Shown one piece after another: positions 48,565 through 58,219 of a DNA stretch of 64,000 bases. A model generated the notes under the pieces. The model had not been told where the DNA came from. It saw nothing but the letters and a program-made list of their open reading frames with translations, and made no database searches. The first letter of the stretch is position 1; the number at the start of each line of letters is the position of its first letter. The stretch is taken from assembly GCA_028279595.1 (NCBI GenBank), contig JANQNK010000004.1, positions 32,001 through 96,000 on the forward strand. The letters run 5' to 3'. A program made the translations under genes and the position numbers. The DNA is from Thermoplasmatota archaeon (lineage in GTDB: Archaea; Thermoplasmatota; JAKEGO01).

Positions 48565-49668
48565 TCATCGGCGTCTTCGTACCAATATCACCGCTGCCGG
48601 GACCGCCAGGGCGATCAGGACCGCTTCGAAGCCTGGAAGCCAGCCGTCATCGTCGTCGTCTCCATCGCCGTCGCCGTTGTCCGGACCGTCGGGATCGGTA
48701 TCGATCATGATGTTCATCGTGATCTCTTGGCTTACGGTCATGTTCTCCTCAAGGTCGTAGTAGAACATGAAGCTGAAAGTGTCCGATGTAAAACCGTTGA
48801 TCGTTTCTGAGGTAACGGGATCGTCGGGGATGTCAATGATCACAACGACGGATTCCATGTCCTCAGAAGCAACGAGGAAAATGAACTCTGGGTCCATCTT
48901 CGTATCGGCGTCGACCGCGACAGTCTGGGGCCATAGACCGGGATCGTAGGTCTGATTGCATGTGACGTTGATATCCATGGTCCCAGGATTGTTGAGCTCG
49001 ATGACGAAGGTAGCCTCTTCACCGGGTGCTACGGTATCGTTCAGAGACAATACGCCGAAGTCGATCCCCGCTACCGAGTAGTTGCGTCCAGGCATCAGAT
49101 AGCTCTGGGCGGTGTCGCCCTGCTCGCGGGTTCCGCCGTAGGGGGTCCTCCAGACCGCGGCCCATGGCTTCGTGATCATTCCGGCCGGGGCTAGGCCGAC
49201 GTCGCCCTTGACCACGAAATAGGTGATCGTTCCAGCGTTGGAGTCCCAGTCGCCATCTATGTTCTGGGCGTCGGACTCGCTGCTGACGGACCCGTTCTCG
49301 TCGTATGTGACCGTCCGGAGCTCGTATCCAGCCTGTGTCCAGCCGGTGCCGAAGTTGAAGATTGAAACGACGACCCAGTTTGCTTCGCCAACGGAGAAGT
49401 AGACCTCGTACTCGAGGGTCTGCATGTTGGTCTGGACTGGCGGAAGCGTGTATATCTCCAGTGTGCAGTTGAGCTGGGTGCCGTTCTCGCCGTCGAACCA
49501 GGCCCACTCGATGTCGTCATCGTCCTCGTCATCGTCACCAGCAGCGTCTGGCTCGCCCTCGTCGATGACCTCGGGGTCCACTGAACTGCCCGCCTCGGCA
49601 TAGCCGACGGTGAGCACGAACATCAACGCTATCAAGAACGCTATGAGAAGTACGTGGCCGTTCCTCAT
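48565..49668 (-). CDS. Secreted PGF-CTERM cell-surface protein
   Basis: Signal MRNGHVLLIAFLIALMF...; acidic beta-rich body; tail DGDGDDDDDGWLPGFEAVLIALAVPAAVILVRRRR. Confidence 0.87.
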   Translation of the reverse strand: MRNGHVLLIAFLIALMFVLTVGYAEAGSSVDPEVIDEGEPDAAGDDDEDDDDIEWAWFDGENGTQLNCTLEIYTLPPVQTNMQTLEYEVYFSVGEANWVVVSIFNFGTGWTQAGYELRTVTYDENGSVSSESDAQNIDGDWDSNAGTITYFVVKGDVGLAPAGMITKPWAAVWRTPYGGTREQGDTAQSYLMPGRNYSVAGIDFGVLSLNDTVAPGEEATFVIELNNPGTMDINVTCNQTYDPGLWPQTVAVDADTKMDPEFIFLVASEDMESVVVIIDIPDDPVTSETINGFTSDTFSFMFYYDLEENMTVSQEITMNIMIDTDPDGPDNGDGDGDDDDDGWLPGFEAVLIALAVPAAVILVRRRR

Positions 49669-49799
49669 TCTATCACCGGTCCGTCCATTCCTCCAGAATG
49701 TAATAAACCTTTCCATTGCCAGTATGACGACCCGTAGCAGGGAGTGGCGCTATAGGCAACGCTGTCCGGGGGAGTGAAAATGGGAAAAATGGGGGGGGA

Positions 49800-50345
49800 T
49801 CACGCAAGGATGCCGGTCTTCCGGATCTCTTCCGTGATCTTCTCGATGGCCCGCTTGTTCTCGTCCATCTTGGTAGTGCCTGTGCAGACGATCTTGCCGG
49901 ACTTGAACAGCAGGATGGTAGCCTTGGGTTCCTCCATCCGGTAGATGAGACCTGGGAACTCCTCGGGAACGTATTCTATCCTCTCTATGCCGAGGGAGCC
50001 AACGAGCTTGCTGAGCCTTAGCTCCTTTCCGACGTCCGTCACGGACACGATATCCTGAATGTGGATCTCGATGTTCCCAGTGAGGGGTGCGCCGGCAGCC
50101 GTCAGCTTCTGTACGAGGGCGCCCATCGCCGCCCTAAGTTCCTTGAGGTTCTTGCACCCCGTGGTCACGACCTTGCCCGACCTCAGTATGAGGAAACCGA
50201 CCTTCGGCTCATCCAGGTTGTATATCAGACCCGGGAACGCCGTTGGATCGAAGTCGGTCACGCCCAGCTTCTCTGCTAGCGGGGACAGGTCGAACTCCTT
50301 TGCGATGGTGCAGGATGCGACTATGTTCTCTATGGTCGTCTCCAT
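49800..50345 (-). CDS. tbp: TATA-box binding protein (divergent paralog)
   Basis: Two repeats: ENIVAS..FPGLIY..PK..SGK..TG and QDIVS..FPGLIYR..PK..LFKSGKIVCTG. Confidence 0.95.
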   Translation of the reverse strand: METTIENIVASCTIAKEFDLSPLAEKLGVTDFDPTAFPGLIYNLDEPKVGFLILRSGKVVTTGCKNLKELRAAMGALVQKLTAAGAPLTGNIEIHIQDIVSVTDVGKELRLSKLVGSLGIERIEYVPEEFPGLIYRMEEPKATILLFKSGKIVCTGTTKMDENKRAIEKITEEIRKTGILA

Positions 50346-50392
50346 CGGATATCAGTCCTTGCCGGTATTGCAGGTTCAGGTGGACGGCGGGA

Positions 50393-51052
50393 TCAGAGGG
50401 CTTCCTCTTCCTCTTCTTCCTCTTCGTCCTCGTCCTCGAACTCGACACCGCAGACCGGACACTCCATCGCGTCGGCGGGGATCATGGCGCCGCAGTTCGG
50501 GCACTCCACCTGATCGTCGTCGAGCTCTTCCTCTTCCTCCTCCGGCTCGGGGAGGGGTGCACCGCACTCGGGGCATTCCGTTGCATCGGGGTCCTCGATG
50601 ACTGCGCCGCACTCCGGGCAATCCCTGATCGCCTCTTCCTCGAAGCTCAACGGTGCGCCGCACTCCGGGCACTCGGTGGCATACGGGTCGGTGATCATCG
50701 CACCGCACTCCGGGCAGTCCCTGACCTCTTCCATCGGCTCAAGGGGCGCTCCACACTCGGGGCACTCCGTCGCCATCGGGTCTGCGATGTAGGCACCGCA
50801 TTCCAGACAGTTCCGCTCCATTTCCTCTATCTCCGCTGGGGCGGCTCCGCCCATCATCATCCCCATGAGAAGGATGATAACACCCAACACTAGCACTCCG
50901 ACCCCTGCGTAGACGTACATCATCTGGGTGTCGCCGACCTCGCTGTTCCCCGTGTCCAGGGCTTCTATATCATCAGCTTTGTAGGCGACCATGGCCCCGA
51001 TGAGACCCAGTATCAGTACGATAAGGCCGATCCAAACCAACATCTTGTTCAT
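50393..51052 (-). CDS. 2-TM membrane protein with four zinc ribbons (8 CxxCG knuckles) and acidic tail
   Basis: Two hydrophobic helices; repeated CPECGA.I.DP.ATECPECGAPL; GGAGGTG SD; TTTATAAA at 51149-51156. Confidence 0.88.
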   Translation of the reverse strand: MNKMLVWIGLIVLILGLIGAMVAYKADDIEALDTGNSEVGDTQMMYVYAGVGVLVLGVIILLMGMMMGGAAPAEIEEMERNCLECGAYIADPMATECPECGAPLEPMEEVRDCPECGAMITDPYATECPECGAPLSFEEEAIRDCPECGAVIEDPDATECPECGAPLPEPEEEEEELDDDQVECPNCGAMIPADAMECPVCGVEFEDEDEEEEEEEEAL

Positions 51053-51280
51053 TCATCACACCTCCAAGGTCGAGCTCGTTCTCGACCTGCAAGGTAGTTC
51101 TCGACATCCCATGAGACCCACCTAGCACCAATGATATTTCTGGCGGCGTTTATAAAGTTTTGGATTTTCCCAGTGCCGGAAATCGACGTACTGGAACATC
51201 GTCGAAACGAGGAGGGATTTGGCCGGTCGCACGGCCCGTTCTCGGTGATTTTCGAGATGGCCCGCGCTGAAAGAATTTAT

Positions 51281-51315
51281 AAAAAAAAATAATGGGTCGG
51301 GGTCCTAGGACCCCG
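51281..51315 (-). terminator. Hairpin plus T-tract terminator downstream of 51328..51846
   Basis: Perfect 18-bp palindrome CGGGGTCCTAGGACCCCG (51298-51315) followed on the minus strand by a long T run. Confidence 0.7.
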
Positions 51316-51327
51316 GTTTGGTACGGT

Positions 51328-51846
51328 TCAGAAAGCAGCCTCTTCTTCTTCCTCTTCCTCGGCGGGCTCCTCTTCGTCGGAGTACTCTTCCTCGCCTTCT
51401 GCGGCTTCCTCTTCCTCGTACTCCTCCTCTTCGCCGTATTCCTCGTCCTCGTACTCCTCGTCGCCGTACTCCTCGTCCTCGTACTCCTCATCCTCGTACT
51501 CGGGCTCGGGCAGCGGCGCGCCGCACTCCGGACAGTCGACAGCTTCGGGGTCGTCGATCTCGGCACCGCACTCGGGGCAGTTCCTGATGTACTCTTCTTC
51601 GTACTCATCGCCGTACTCGTCCTCGCCGTACTCTTCGGCTGCAGCGCCGCCGAGCATCAGACCGGCCAGGAAGATGATCACGCCGAGCACCAGGACACCT
51701 ACGGCTGCGTAGATGTACATCATCTGGGTGTCGCCGATCTCATCGTTGTCTGTCTCGAATATCGAATCTGCCTGATAGGCGACCACGGCTCCGACGAGAC
51801 CCAGTATCAGTACGATGAGTCCGATCCAAACCAACATCTTGTTCAC
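51328..51846 (-). CDS. 2-TM membrane protein with one zinc ribbon and EY(E/G)DE repeats; paralog of 50393..51052
   Basis: Near-identical N-terminus MNKMLVWIGLIVLILGL; two CPECG; 15-bp tandem repeats. Confidence 0.88.
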   Translation of the reverse strand: MNKMLVWIGLIVLILGLVGAVVAYQADSIFETDNDEIGDTQMMYIYAAVGVLVLGVIIFLAGLMLGGAAAEEYGEDEYGDEYEEEYIRNCPECGAEIDDPEAVDCPECGAPLPEPEYEDEEYEDEEYGDEEYEDEEYGEEEEYEEEEAAEGEEEYSDEEEPAEEEEEEEAAF

Positions 51847-51970
51847 TCATATCACCTCACTCGAACGTCCTGTCTGCTTCTTTTTTCTACGGGTCGTTGT
51901 CGATACAGCGGCCCGCCTCCCAGTTGTATGAATAATATCCCTTATATATGTTTTGTGTCTGCCACTCGGG

Positions 51971-53383
51971 TCATTCAGAGAGGTAATCTTCGACCCTGTG
52001 CTGGAACCGCATTCGCTCGCTCGGAAGTTTCAGCGGGTATTCGCCGATTATGCAGCCCAGGCAGAGCTGTTCGGCGGGGAGCCCGATGGACTCGACCAGA
52101 CCCTTCGGGGAGATGTATGCTAGACTGTCCACGCCGATCTCCTTCTCGACCTCCTCCACCGTCCTGTCGTGGGCGATGAACTCGTCGCGAGTGGTCATGT
52201 CGATGCCGAGATAGCACGGATGACGGAGCGGTGGCGAGCCGACCCTCACGTGGACCTCGGCGGCACCCCTTCGGCGAAGGAGCGAGGCGATCTCGCGTAT
52301 GGTCGTCCCGCGGACGATGCTGTCGTCGACGAGGATTATCCTCTTCCCCGCGACGAGGTGGTCGAGGACGTTGACCTTGAGTCGGACACTCGTCCTCTGC
52401 GCGTCCCTGTCGGGCATGATGAAGGTCCTCGTCACATACCTGTTCTTGATGAGACCCTCGAGGTAGGGGATCCCGGAGCCGTGGGCGTAGCCGATAGCGT
52501 GAGCCCTCCCGGAGTCGGGGATAGGAGAGACGAGATCGGCCTCGACGGGGTTGTCCTTCGCGAGCCGTTCGCCGATCCGGAACCTGACATCGTATCCGAA
52601 GATGCCGTCGATACGGCTGTCGGGACGGGCGAAGTAGACCCACTCGAAGAAGCAGTGGGCCTTGTGGGTCTCGGGGAAGAGCTGGTACGAGATGAGCCTG
52701 TCCGGTGTCAGCTCGACGAGCTCTCCCGGCTCGACGTCCCTGAGGAACTCGGCGCCGAGCACCTGGATTGCTACGCTCTCGGAGACCGCCATGAACCCGC
52801 CGTCTGGAAGCCTTCCAAGGCACAGCGGACGGTTGCCCATCGGGTCCCTCAGCGCGAAGACCCTGTCCTGGATGATGAACGTAAGCGCATAGGAGCCCTC
52901 GGTCTTCCTCATCGCAAGACGGATCGCCTCCGTCACGCTCTTGCCGCGGTGGAGCTCCTTGGTGATAAGGTAGACCATCGCCTCCTCCTCGGTGTCAGTG
53001 AAGAAGATGTGGCCCTCCTCCCTCAGCTTATTCCTGAGGTCCGGGGAGTTGACGATTATGCCGTTGTGGGAGATCGCCATGGAACCCTCGGAGGTCTTGA
53101 CGATCACGGGCTGAATGTTCTCCCGCTTCGATAGTTTGATCGAATAAAGGAGGTGGCCGATGCCGGCGTTTCCGGTCAGCTCGTCGATGTTGTCTTCGGT
53201 CACGACCTGATGCACGAGGCCCTTGCCGCGGACGGAGTGGATGCCCCTTTCGTCGACGGTGGCTATCCCCGCGTACTCCTGTCCTCTATGCTGAAGTGTC
53301 CTGAGCGAGAAGAAAAGGGGTCTTGCCACAGGATGCCGGGACACGATGGCCGCGACGGCACACTTCTCCTGCGGCTTGTCCAT
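51971..53383 (-). CDS. purF: Amidophosphoribosyltransferase
   Basis: Propeptide-EKC, LQHRGQE, HNG, CFFEWVYFARPDS, VDDSIVRGTT, PCYLGID, LCLGC..GEYP. Confidence 0.97.
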   Translation of the reverse strand: MDKPQEKCAVAAIVSRHPVARPLFFSLRTLQHRGQEYAGIATVDERGIHSVRGKGLVHQVVTEDNIDELTGNAGIGHLLYSIKLSKRENIQPVIVKTSEGSMAISHNGIIVNSPDLRNKLREEGHIFFTDTEEEAMVYLITKELHRGKSVTEAIRLAMRKTEGSYALTFIIQDRVFALRDPMGNRPLCLGRLPDGGFMAVSESVAIQVLGAEFLRDVEPGELVELTPDRLISYQLFPETHKAHCFFEWVYFARPDSRIDGIFGYDVRFRIGERLAKDNPVEADLVSPIPDSGRAHAIGYAHGSGIPYLEGLIKNRYVTRTFIMPDRDAQRTSVRLKVNVLDHLVAGKRIILVDDSIVRGTTIREIASLLRRRGAAEVHVRVGSPPLRHPCYLGIDMTTRDEFIAHDRTVEEVEKEIGVDSLAYISPKGLVESIGLPAEQLCLGCIIGEYPLKLPSERMRFQHRVEDYLSE

Positions 53384-53385
53384 GA

Positions 53386-53550
53386 CTACCGCCCCTTCCG
53401 CCATCCGTATCCGCGGATCCGGCTTGTGGCGCCGTATCCGCACTTGGCGCACCGCTTCTTACGGATGTGGTAGGAGTGGTCACCGCATCGACGGCATACG
53501 ATGTGGGTCTTGCTGTTCCGCTTGCCGTGAGCCGTAGTCCCGCGTGTCAT
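53386..53550 (-). CDS. rpl37e: 50S ribosomal protein L37e
   Basis: MTRGTTAHGKRNSKTHIVCRRCGDHSYHIRKKRCAKCGYGATSRIRGYGWRKGR*; not in the ORF track. Confidence 0.96.
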   Translation of the reverse strand: MTRGTTAHGKRNSKTHIVCRRCGDHSYHIRKKRCAKCGYGATSRIRGYGWRKGR

Positions 53551-53646
53551 CTGATACCACCTTTGAAACCCCTAACTCCAGGTCCTATATTAACATTATT
53601 GCCATGATTCCAGGGAATGGACGCGATCGTTGAACGGGCGGACCGT

Positions 53647-54165
53647 TCAGATCTTCTCCATATCCGGCTTGCGGTCGCTCATGGTGGTGTCCGTCGTATT
53701 GATCTGGACCTCCCAATCCTCGACAGCGTCGGATATACCCTTGAAAACGCCGATGTTCTCCTTGAACCAGACGTCCCTGCGGACGATCTGCGACTTCGCC
53801 TTGTTGAGGTCGGCCTCGAGGTCCTCGGCCAGGGCGAAGAGCTTCGAGAAGCGCTCCATCTCGTTCCTCATGTCCGTCTCGAGGCTCTCGATCCGGGGCT
53901 CGAGCTCCGCGTTCCTGTGCTTGAGCTTGCTCCGCTCGATGTCAAGCTCGCGGATCTCCTTGTCCCGCATCTCGAGGACCTCCTTAAGGGATTTGACGAT
54001 CCTCTCCTTCTCGTCGATCTCCTTCTCGAGACCGAGGATCTTCGCGTTCAAGGTCTCTACATCGCGCTGCTGTACCTCGTACGCCTCCCAGAGCTTGGCA
54101 AGCCTCAGCTTCTCCTTCTCGAAGGCGTCCTTGTAATCGGTAATCCCTTCGCTCGTACTGACCAT
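53647..54165 (-). CDS. Hypothetical coiled-coil protein
   Basis: FEKEKLRLAKLWEAYE..., heptad-rich; AGGTGA SD before ATG 54165. Confidence 0.8.
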   Translation of the reverse strand: MVSTSEGITDYKDAFEKEKLRLAKLWEAYEVQQRDVETLNAKILGLEKEIDEKERIVKSLKEVLEMRDKEIRELDIERSKLKHRNAELEPRIESLETDMRNEMERFSKLFALAEDLEADLNKAKSQIVRRDVWFKENIGVFKGISDAVEDWEVQINTTDTTMSDRKPDMEKI

Positions 54166-54462
54166 AGTATCACCTGGTGTGAGCGTATCTTGGGGTAGTA
54201 TAGACTCTCCCTTGATAAACCTTTCCGGTTGTCCTTGGACGGTCTGGCACGCTGTCGTTCTATGGGAAGTGGAGGTCGTGGCTGGATGGGACATGGATGT
54301 CCATGGGGAGCTGCGGCCGGGATGCGTTATAATGGCCGAACGGACAATTATCAAGGGTGTCGTGATAGCGGATGACACGGTGATCGCCCGCCTCCATGGA
54401 AAGGTTAATATCCGTGCCAGGCATTGACCGGTGGGGGTAGGTTTCAGAGGAGGTTAAATGGA

Positions 54463-56220
54463 ATGATGTTCGCGTTGATGAACCGGAAGTCCGCTGCCAT
54501 CCTCATTCTGATAGTGCTTCTCATCGCCGGCCTGAACTACCAGCTCATTCCCTACAACAAGGACGAGGTCCTGGTCATCGAGACCCCAGCCGAGCCCAGG
54601 GGGCTCGATCCGGCGACCAATTACGAGACCGCCGGCGGGAACATCATACACAACATCTACGAGACCCTGATCTCGTACAACGGATCCTCTACGACCGACC
54701 TCAAACCCGTGCTTTGCACGATCATCCCCACGCCCGAGAACGGGCTCATCTCCCCGGACGGGATCAATTATACATTCATCATACGTCAGGATGTGAAGTT
54801 CCACAACGGCGACACGCTGACCGCCGAGGACGTCAGGTACTCGTTCGAAAGGGTCGTCAGGATGCGCCAGTCCCCATCATGGATGATAATGGACCGGTAC
54901 AATCCCGAGCGCAAGAAATGGGAATGGACGTACTGGCACAACCACAGTTACGACGATCTCGACGACAACTTCACCGTGATGACGGACAGCGAGGTTGACG
55001 ATTACAACGAGAGGGTTGACGCGCACAACAGCCGCCCCGAGGTCATCAACAACACGATGCGGAAATGGACCTATGCCGTCAAGGACTGGACGGTCAGGTT
55101 CAAGCTCGATGCCCCGTACTCGCCTTTCCTCTTCGTACTGACGCACACCGTCGGATCGATAGTCAACAAACGGACGGTCGAGGCGCACGGCGGTATCAAG
55201 GAGGGGCAGAAGAACGACTGGATGAACGAGCACACGGTCGGCACCGGCCCCTGGAAGTTGAAGAAGTGGGAACCTGACCGGACCAAGCTCACCATCGAGC
55301 GATTCGATGATTACTGGGGAGAGAACGCGAAGCTGAAGGAGGTCATCTTCCTGACGGTCCACCAGCAGACGACGCGGATCATCGACCTCCAGATGGGTTT
55401 CACGGACGTCGCCTACGTGCCCACGCCATCCCTGGACGAGGTGCGGGGGAAGGAGGGGATCATCGTCGACGAGGGGGCCATGAGGCTGGCTGGCTACTTC
55501 ATCGCGTTCAATTGCGAAGACTCGATATTCAGCGACGTCAGATTGAGACAGGCCTGCACGCTTGCCTTCGACTACGACGTCATGCTCAACGTCATATACA
55601 ACGGCCTGGGGCAGAGGTACGTAGGACCATGGGTCCACGGGATGTACGGCTACAACGAATCGATCGAGGTCTGGGAACAGGACATCGCCGCTGCCAAGGA
55701 CCTTGTCCAGGACTACAAGTCCGATAATCCAGGGAGCATAGAGGTCGCCCTGATGTACACCTCGAGCGAGATCTCGAGCCTCCTCGCACAGCTGTTCAGA
55801 TCGAACTGCGACGAGATCGGGATCGACGTCACGCTCCAGCTGTTATCGTGGCCCACGCTCCTCGAACTTACCGACAAGGGCGATTTCGACTGCACCCTGC
55901 TCGGATGGCTCGCCGACTTCCCGCATCCCGATGGGAATGCCCCGACGGTGATGTCCGAACAGAAGGGGCACTCCAACAATGCATGGTACGAGAACCAGAA
56001 GGTCGACGCATGGCTCCTCGAGGCCGTACAGACGAACAACGAGACGCGCCGGCTCGAACTGTACCACCTGGTGCAGAACCAGGTCAAGAGGGACTGCCCG
56101 TACCTGTGGACATTGCAGCCCAACGTACCAGCGGTGTACCGTGACTGGGTGAAGAACTACGTGGAGGCGAACAACCCGTTCCTCGGGAGATACTATGCGG
56201 ACGTCTACAAGGAGAAATGA
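54463..56220 (+). CDS. Peptide/nickel ABC transporter substrate-binding protein (family 5)
   Basis: LDPA, IYETL, VKFHNGDTLTAEDVRYSFER, GTGPWKL, GWLADFPHP; N-terminal TM anchor. Confidence 0.93.
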   Translation: MMFALMNRKSAAILILIVLLIAGLNYQLIPYNKDEVLVIETPAEPRGLDPATNYETAGGNIIHNIYETLISYNGSSTTDLKPVLCTIIPTPENGLISPDGINYTFIIRQDVKFHNGDTLTAEDVRYSFERVVRMRQSPSWMIMDRYNPERKKWEWTYWHNHSYDDLDDNFTVMTDSEVDDYNERVDAHNSRPEVINNTMRKWTYAVKDWTVRFKLDAPYSPFLFVLTHTVGSIVNKRTVEAHGGIKEGQKNDWMNEHTVGTGPWKLKKWEPDRTKLTIERFDDYWGENAKLKEVIFLTVHQQTTRIIDLQMGFTDVAYVPTPSLDEVRGKEGIIVDEGAMRLAGYFIAFNCEDSIFSDVRLRQACTLAFDYDVMLNVIYNGLGQRYVGPWVHGMYGYNESIEVWEQDIAAAKDLVQDYKSDNPGSIEVALMYTSSEISSLLAQLFRSNCDEIGIDVTLQLLSWPTLLELTDKGDFDCTLLGWLADFPHPDGNAPTVMSEQKGHSNNAWYENQKVDAWLLEAVQTNNETRRLELYHLVQNQVKRDCPYLWTLQPNVPAVYRDWVKNYVEANNPFLGRYYADVYKEK

Positions 56221-56260
56221 GATCCCGATCTCGGGGCATCGCAAGGGAGGGCCTTCCTAG

Positions 56261-57295
56261 ATGAAGCTCTTCGAATTCATAGTGCGGCGTCTGCTGCTCC
56301 TCATTCCGGTCCTCATCGGACTCTCGCTTGTCACGTTCGCCATCTCCCACCTCATACCGGCGAACCCGGGGAAGGCCTGGGCCGGCGAGAAGGCGACGCC
56401 GGAGGTGATCGAGCAGGTGGAGGATGAGTACCATCTCAACGATCCGCTGCACATGCAGTACTTCTACTACATGAGCGACCTGCTCCAAGGCGACCTCGGC
56501 GATTCTCCGACCACGAACCGTCCCGTTCGTGAAGATATCGAAAGTTACTTTCCAGCTACGTTCGAATTGACGTTGGTCGCGATGACCATCGTAGTGCTCG
56601 TAGGGATCCCGCTGGGAATATTCTCGGCAGTGAAACGCAACAAGCTCCCTGACCATCTGATCAGGTTGTTCTCACTGATGGGATCGTCGATGCCGATATT
56701 CTGGCTGGGATTGCTGTTGCAGATGGCGTTCTCGTTCTACCCCGGGATCGTGTTCGGGATCCCCCTGTTCCCACCAAAGGGGAGGATCGGTGCGTTCGTC
56801 GACGCGCCGGACAGGATCACCGGACTCTACATCGTTGACAGCGTGCTTACCCTGAACGGGGAGGCTCTCCTGAGCAGTCTGGCCCACATCATCCTTCCAG
56901 CGGTGACGCTCTCGTTCGCCATCCTCGGGATAATCATGCGCATCACGAGGTCAAGCATGCTCGACGTAATGAACAAGGAGTACATCAAGACCGCCCGGGC
57001 GAAAGGGCTGTCGTACAACGAGGTCATCCAGAAACACGCCGTCAAGAACGCGATGATCCCCACGGTCACGATACTCGGGATGTCCTTCGGCGGCCTTCTT
57101 GGCGGGGCCGTCCTAACCGAGACGATATTCGCCTGGCCCGGCATGGGCACCTATTCGCTCCAGGCCATCCAGCACCTGGACTTCCCGGCCATCATGGGAT
57201 TCACGCTCCTGATAGGGTTCGTCTACGTCATAGCGAACCTGGTAGTCGACATAATGTACGCGTACCTCGACCCGAGGATACGCCTGGGAGGCTGA
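56261..57295 (+). CDS. Peptide ABC transporter permease (DppB/OppB-like)
   Basis: EAA loop YIKTARAKGL, ETIFAWPGMG, LDPRIR. Confidence 0.95.
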   Translation: MKLFEFIVRRLLLLIPVLIGLSLVTFAISHLIPANPGKAWAGEKATPEVIEQVEDEYHLNDPLHMQYFYYMSDLLQGDLGDSPTTNRPVREDIESYFPATFELTLVAMTIVVLVGIPLGIFSAVKRNKLPDHLIRLFSLMGSSMPIFWLGLLLQMAFSFYPGIVFGIPLFPPKGRIGAFVDAPDRITGLYIVDSVLTLNGEALLSSLAHIILPAVTLSFAILGIIMRITRSSMLDVMNKEYIKTARAKGLSYNEVIQKHAVKNAMIPTVTILGMSFGGLLGGAVLTETIFAWPGMGTYSLQAIQHLDFPAIMGFTLLIGFVYVIANLVVDIMYAYLDPRIRLGG

Positions 57296-57301
57296 CGAGA
57301 C

Positions 57302-58210
57302 ATGGCTACGGCTCCGATGGTGGACCCCGATGTTCCGATCGACAATGCGCTCGCCCAGGAGTTCAGGTACAAGATGTACCTGTTCAAGAAGAGCCCCCTC
57401 GCCATCATCGGCCTTTTCATAATCATCACGATAATCATGATCGCGTTCCTCGCACCCTACCTCGCGACCCACGATCCCGAGGAGATCGATCCTTACAACA
57501 GGCACGATCCCCCAAGCGAGGACCACTACTTCGGTACCGACGACCTGGGGCGTGACATCTACTCGATGGTACTCCACGGAGCCCACCTGTCCCTCAGGAT
57601 AGGGATAATCGTCGTTTCCATAGCCCTTCTGATCGGGATCACGCTTGGATTGACGGCGGGATACTACGGAGGATGGGTGGACGAGATAATCATGCGCGGC
57701 ACGGACATCGTGCTTGCGTTCCCGGGACTGATCCTCGCCATGGCGATCGTCGCGACGCTTGTCGCCAACGACCCGAAGTCGGACAAACTGTTCTACGTCA
57801 TGATCGCCCTAGCGGCAGTTGGATGGCCGGGATACGTTCGTCTCGTCAGGGGAACGGTCCTCAGCGTCAAGGAGAACACGTACGTCGAGGCCGCCAGGTC
57901 CCTCGGCGCCGGGAATGGCCGGATCATGCGGCGCCACATCCTTCCGAACTGCCTCTCGCCGATAATCGTGACAGCCTCGATGAACCTGGGGTCCGTCATC
58001 CTGGCAGCGGCGGGTCTGTCCTTCATCGGTCTTGGGGCGGAAGCAGGAACTGCGGAATGGGGTCAGATGGTGGCGGTCGGCTCGGAGTTCCTGGTCAAGA
58101 GCTGGTGGATCGCGACGTTCCCCGGCCTGTTCATACTGATAACGGTCCTTGGATTCAACCTGTTCGGCGACGGACTGAGGGACGTGCTAGACCCGAAATT
58201 ACGGAGATGA
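57302..58210 (+). CDS. Peptide ABC transporter permease (DppC/OppC-like)
   Basis: FGTDDLGRD, YVEAARSLGA, GDGLRDVLDPK. Confidence 0.95.
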   Translation: MATAPMVDPDVPIDNALAQEFRYKMYLFKKSPLAIIGLFIIITIIMIAFLAPYLATHDPEEIDPYNRHDPPSEDHYFGTDDLGRDIYSMVLHGAHLSLRIGIIVVSIALLIGITLGLTAGYYGGWVDEIIMRGTDIVLAFPGLILAMAIVATLVANDPKSDKLFYVMIALAAVGWPGYVRLVRGTVLSVKENTYVEAARSLGAGNGRIMRRHILPNCLSPIIVTASMNLGSVILAAAGLSFIGLGAEAGTAEWGQMVAVGSEFLVKSWWIATFPGLFILITVLGFNLFGDGLRDVLDPKLRR

Positions 58211-58219
58211 GACGGAAAC

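Noticed and set aside
54179-54427. 82-aa ORF with a bactofilin-like V/I pattern
   Set aside because: Spans divergent promoter elements and has no convincing start signal or repeat register
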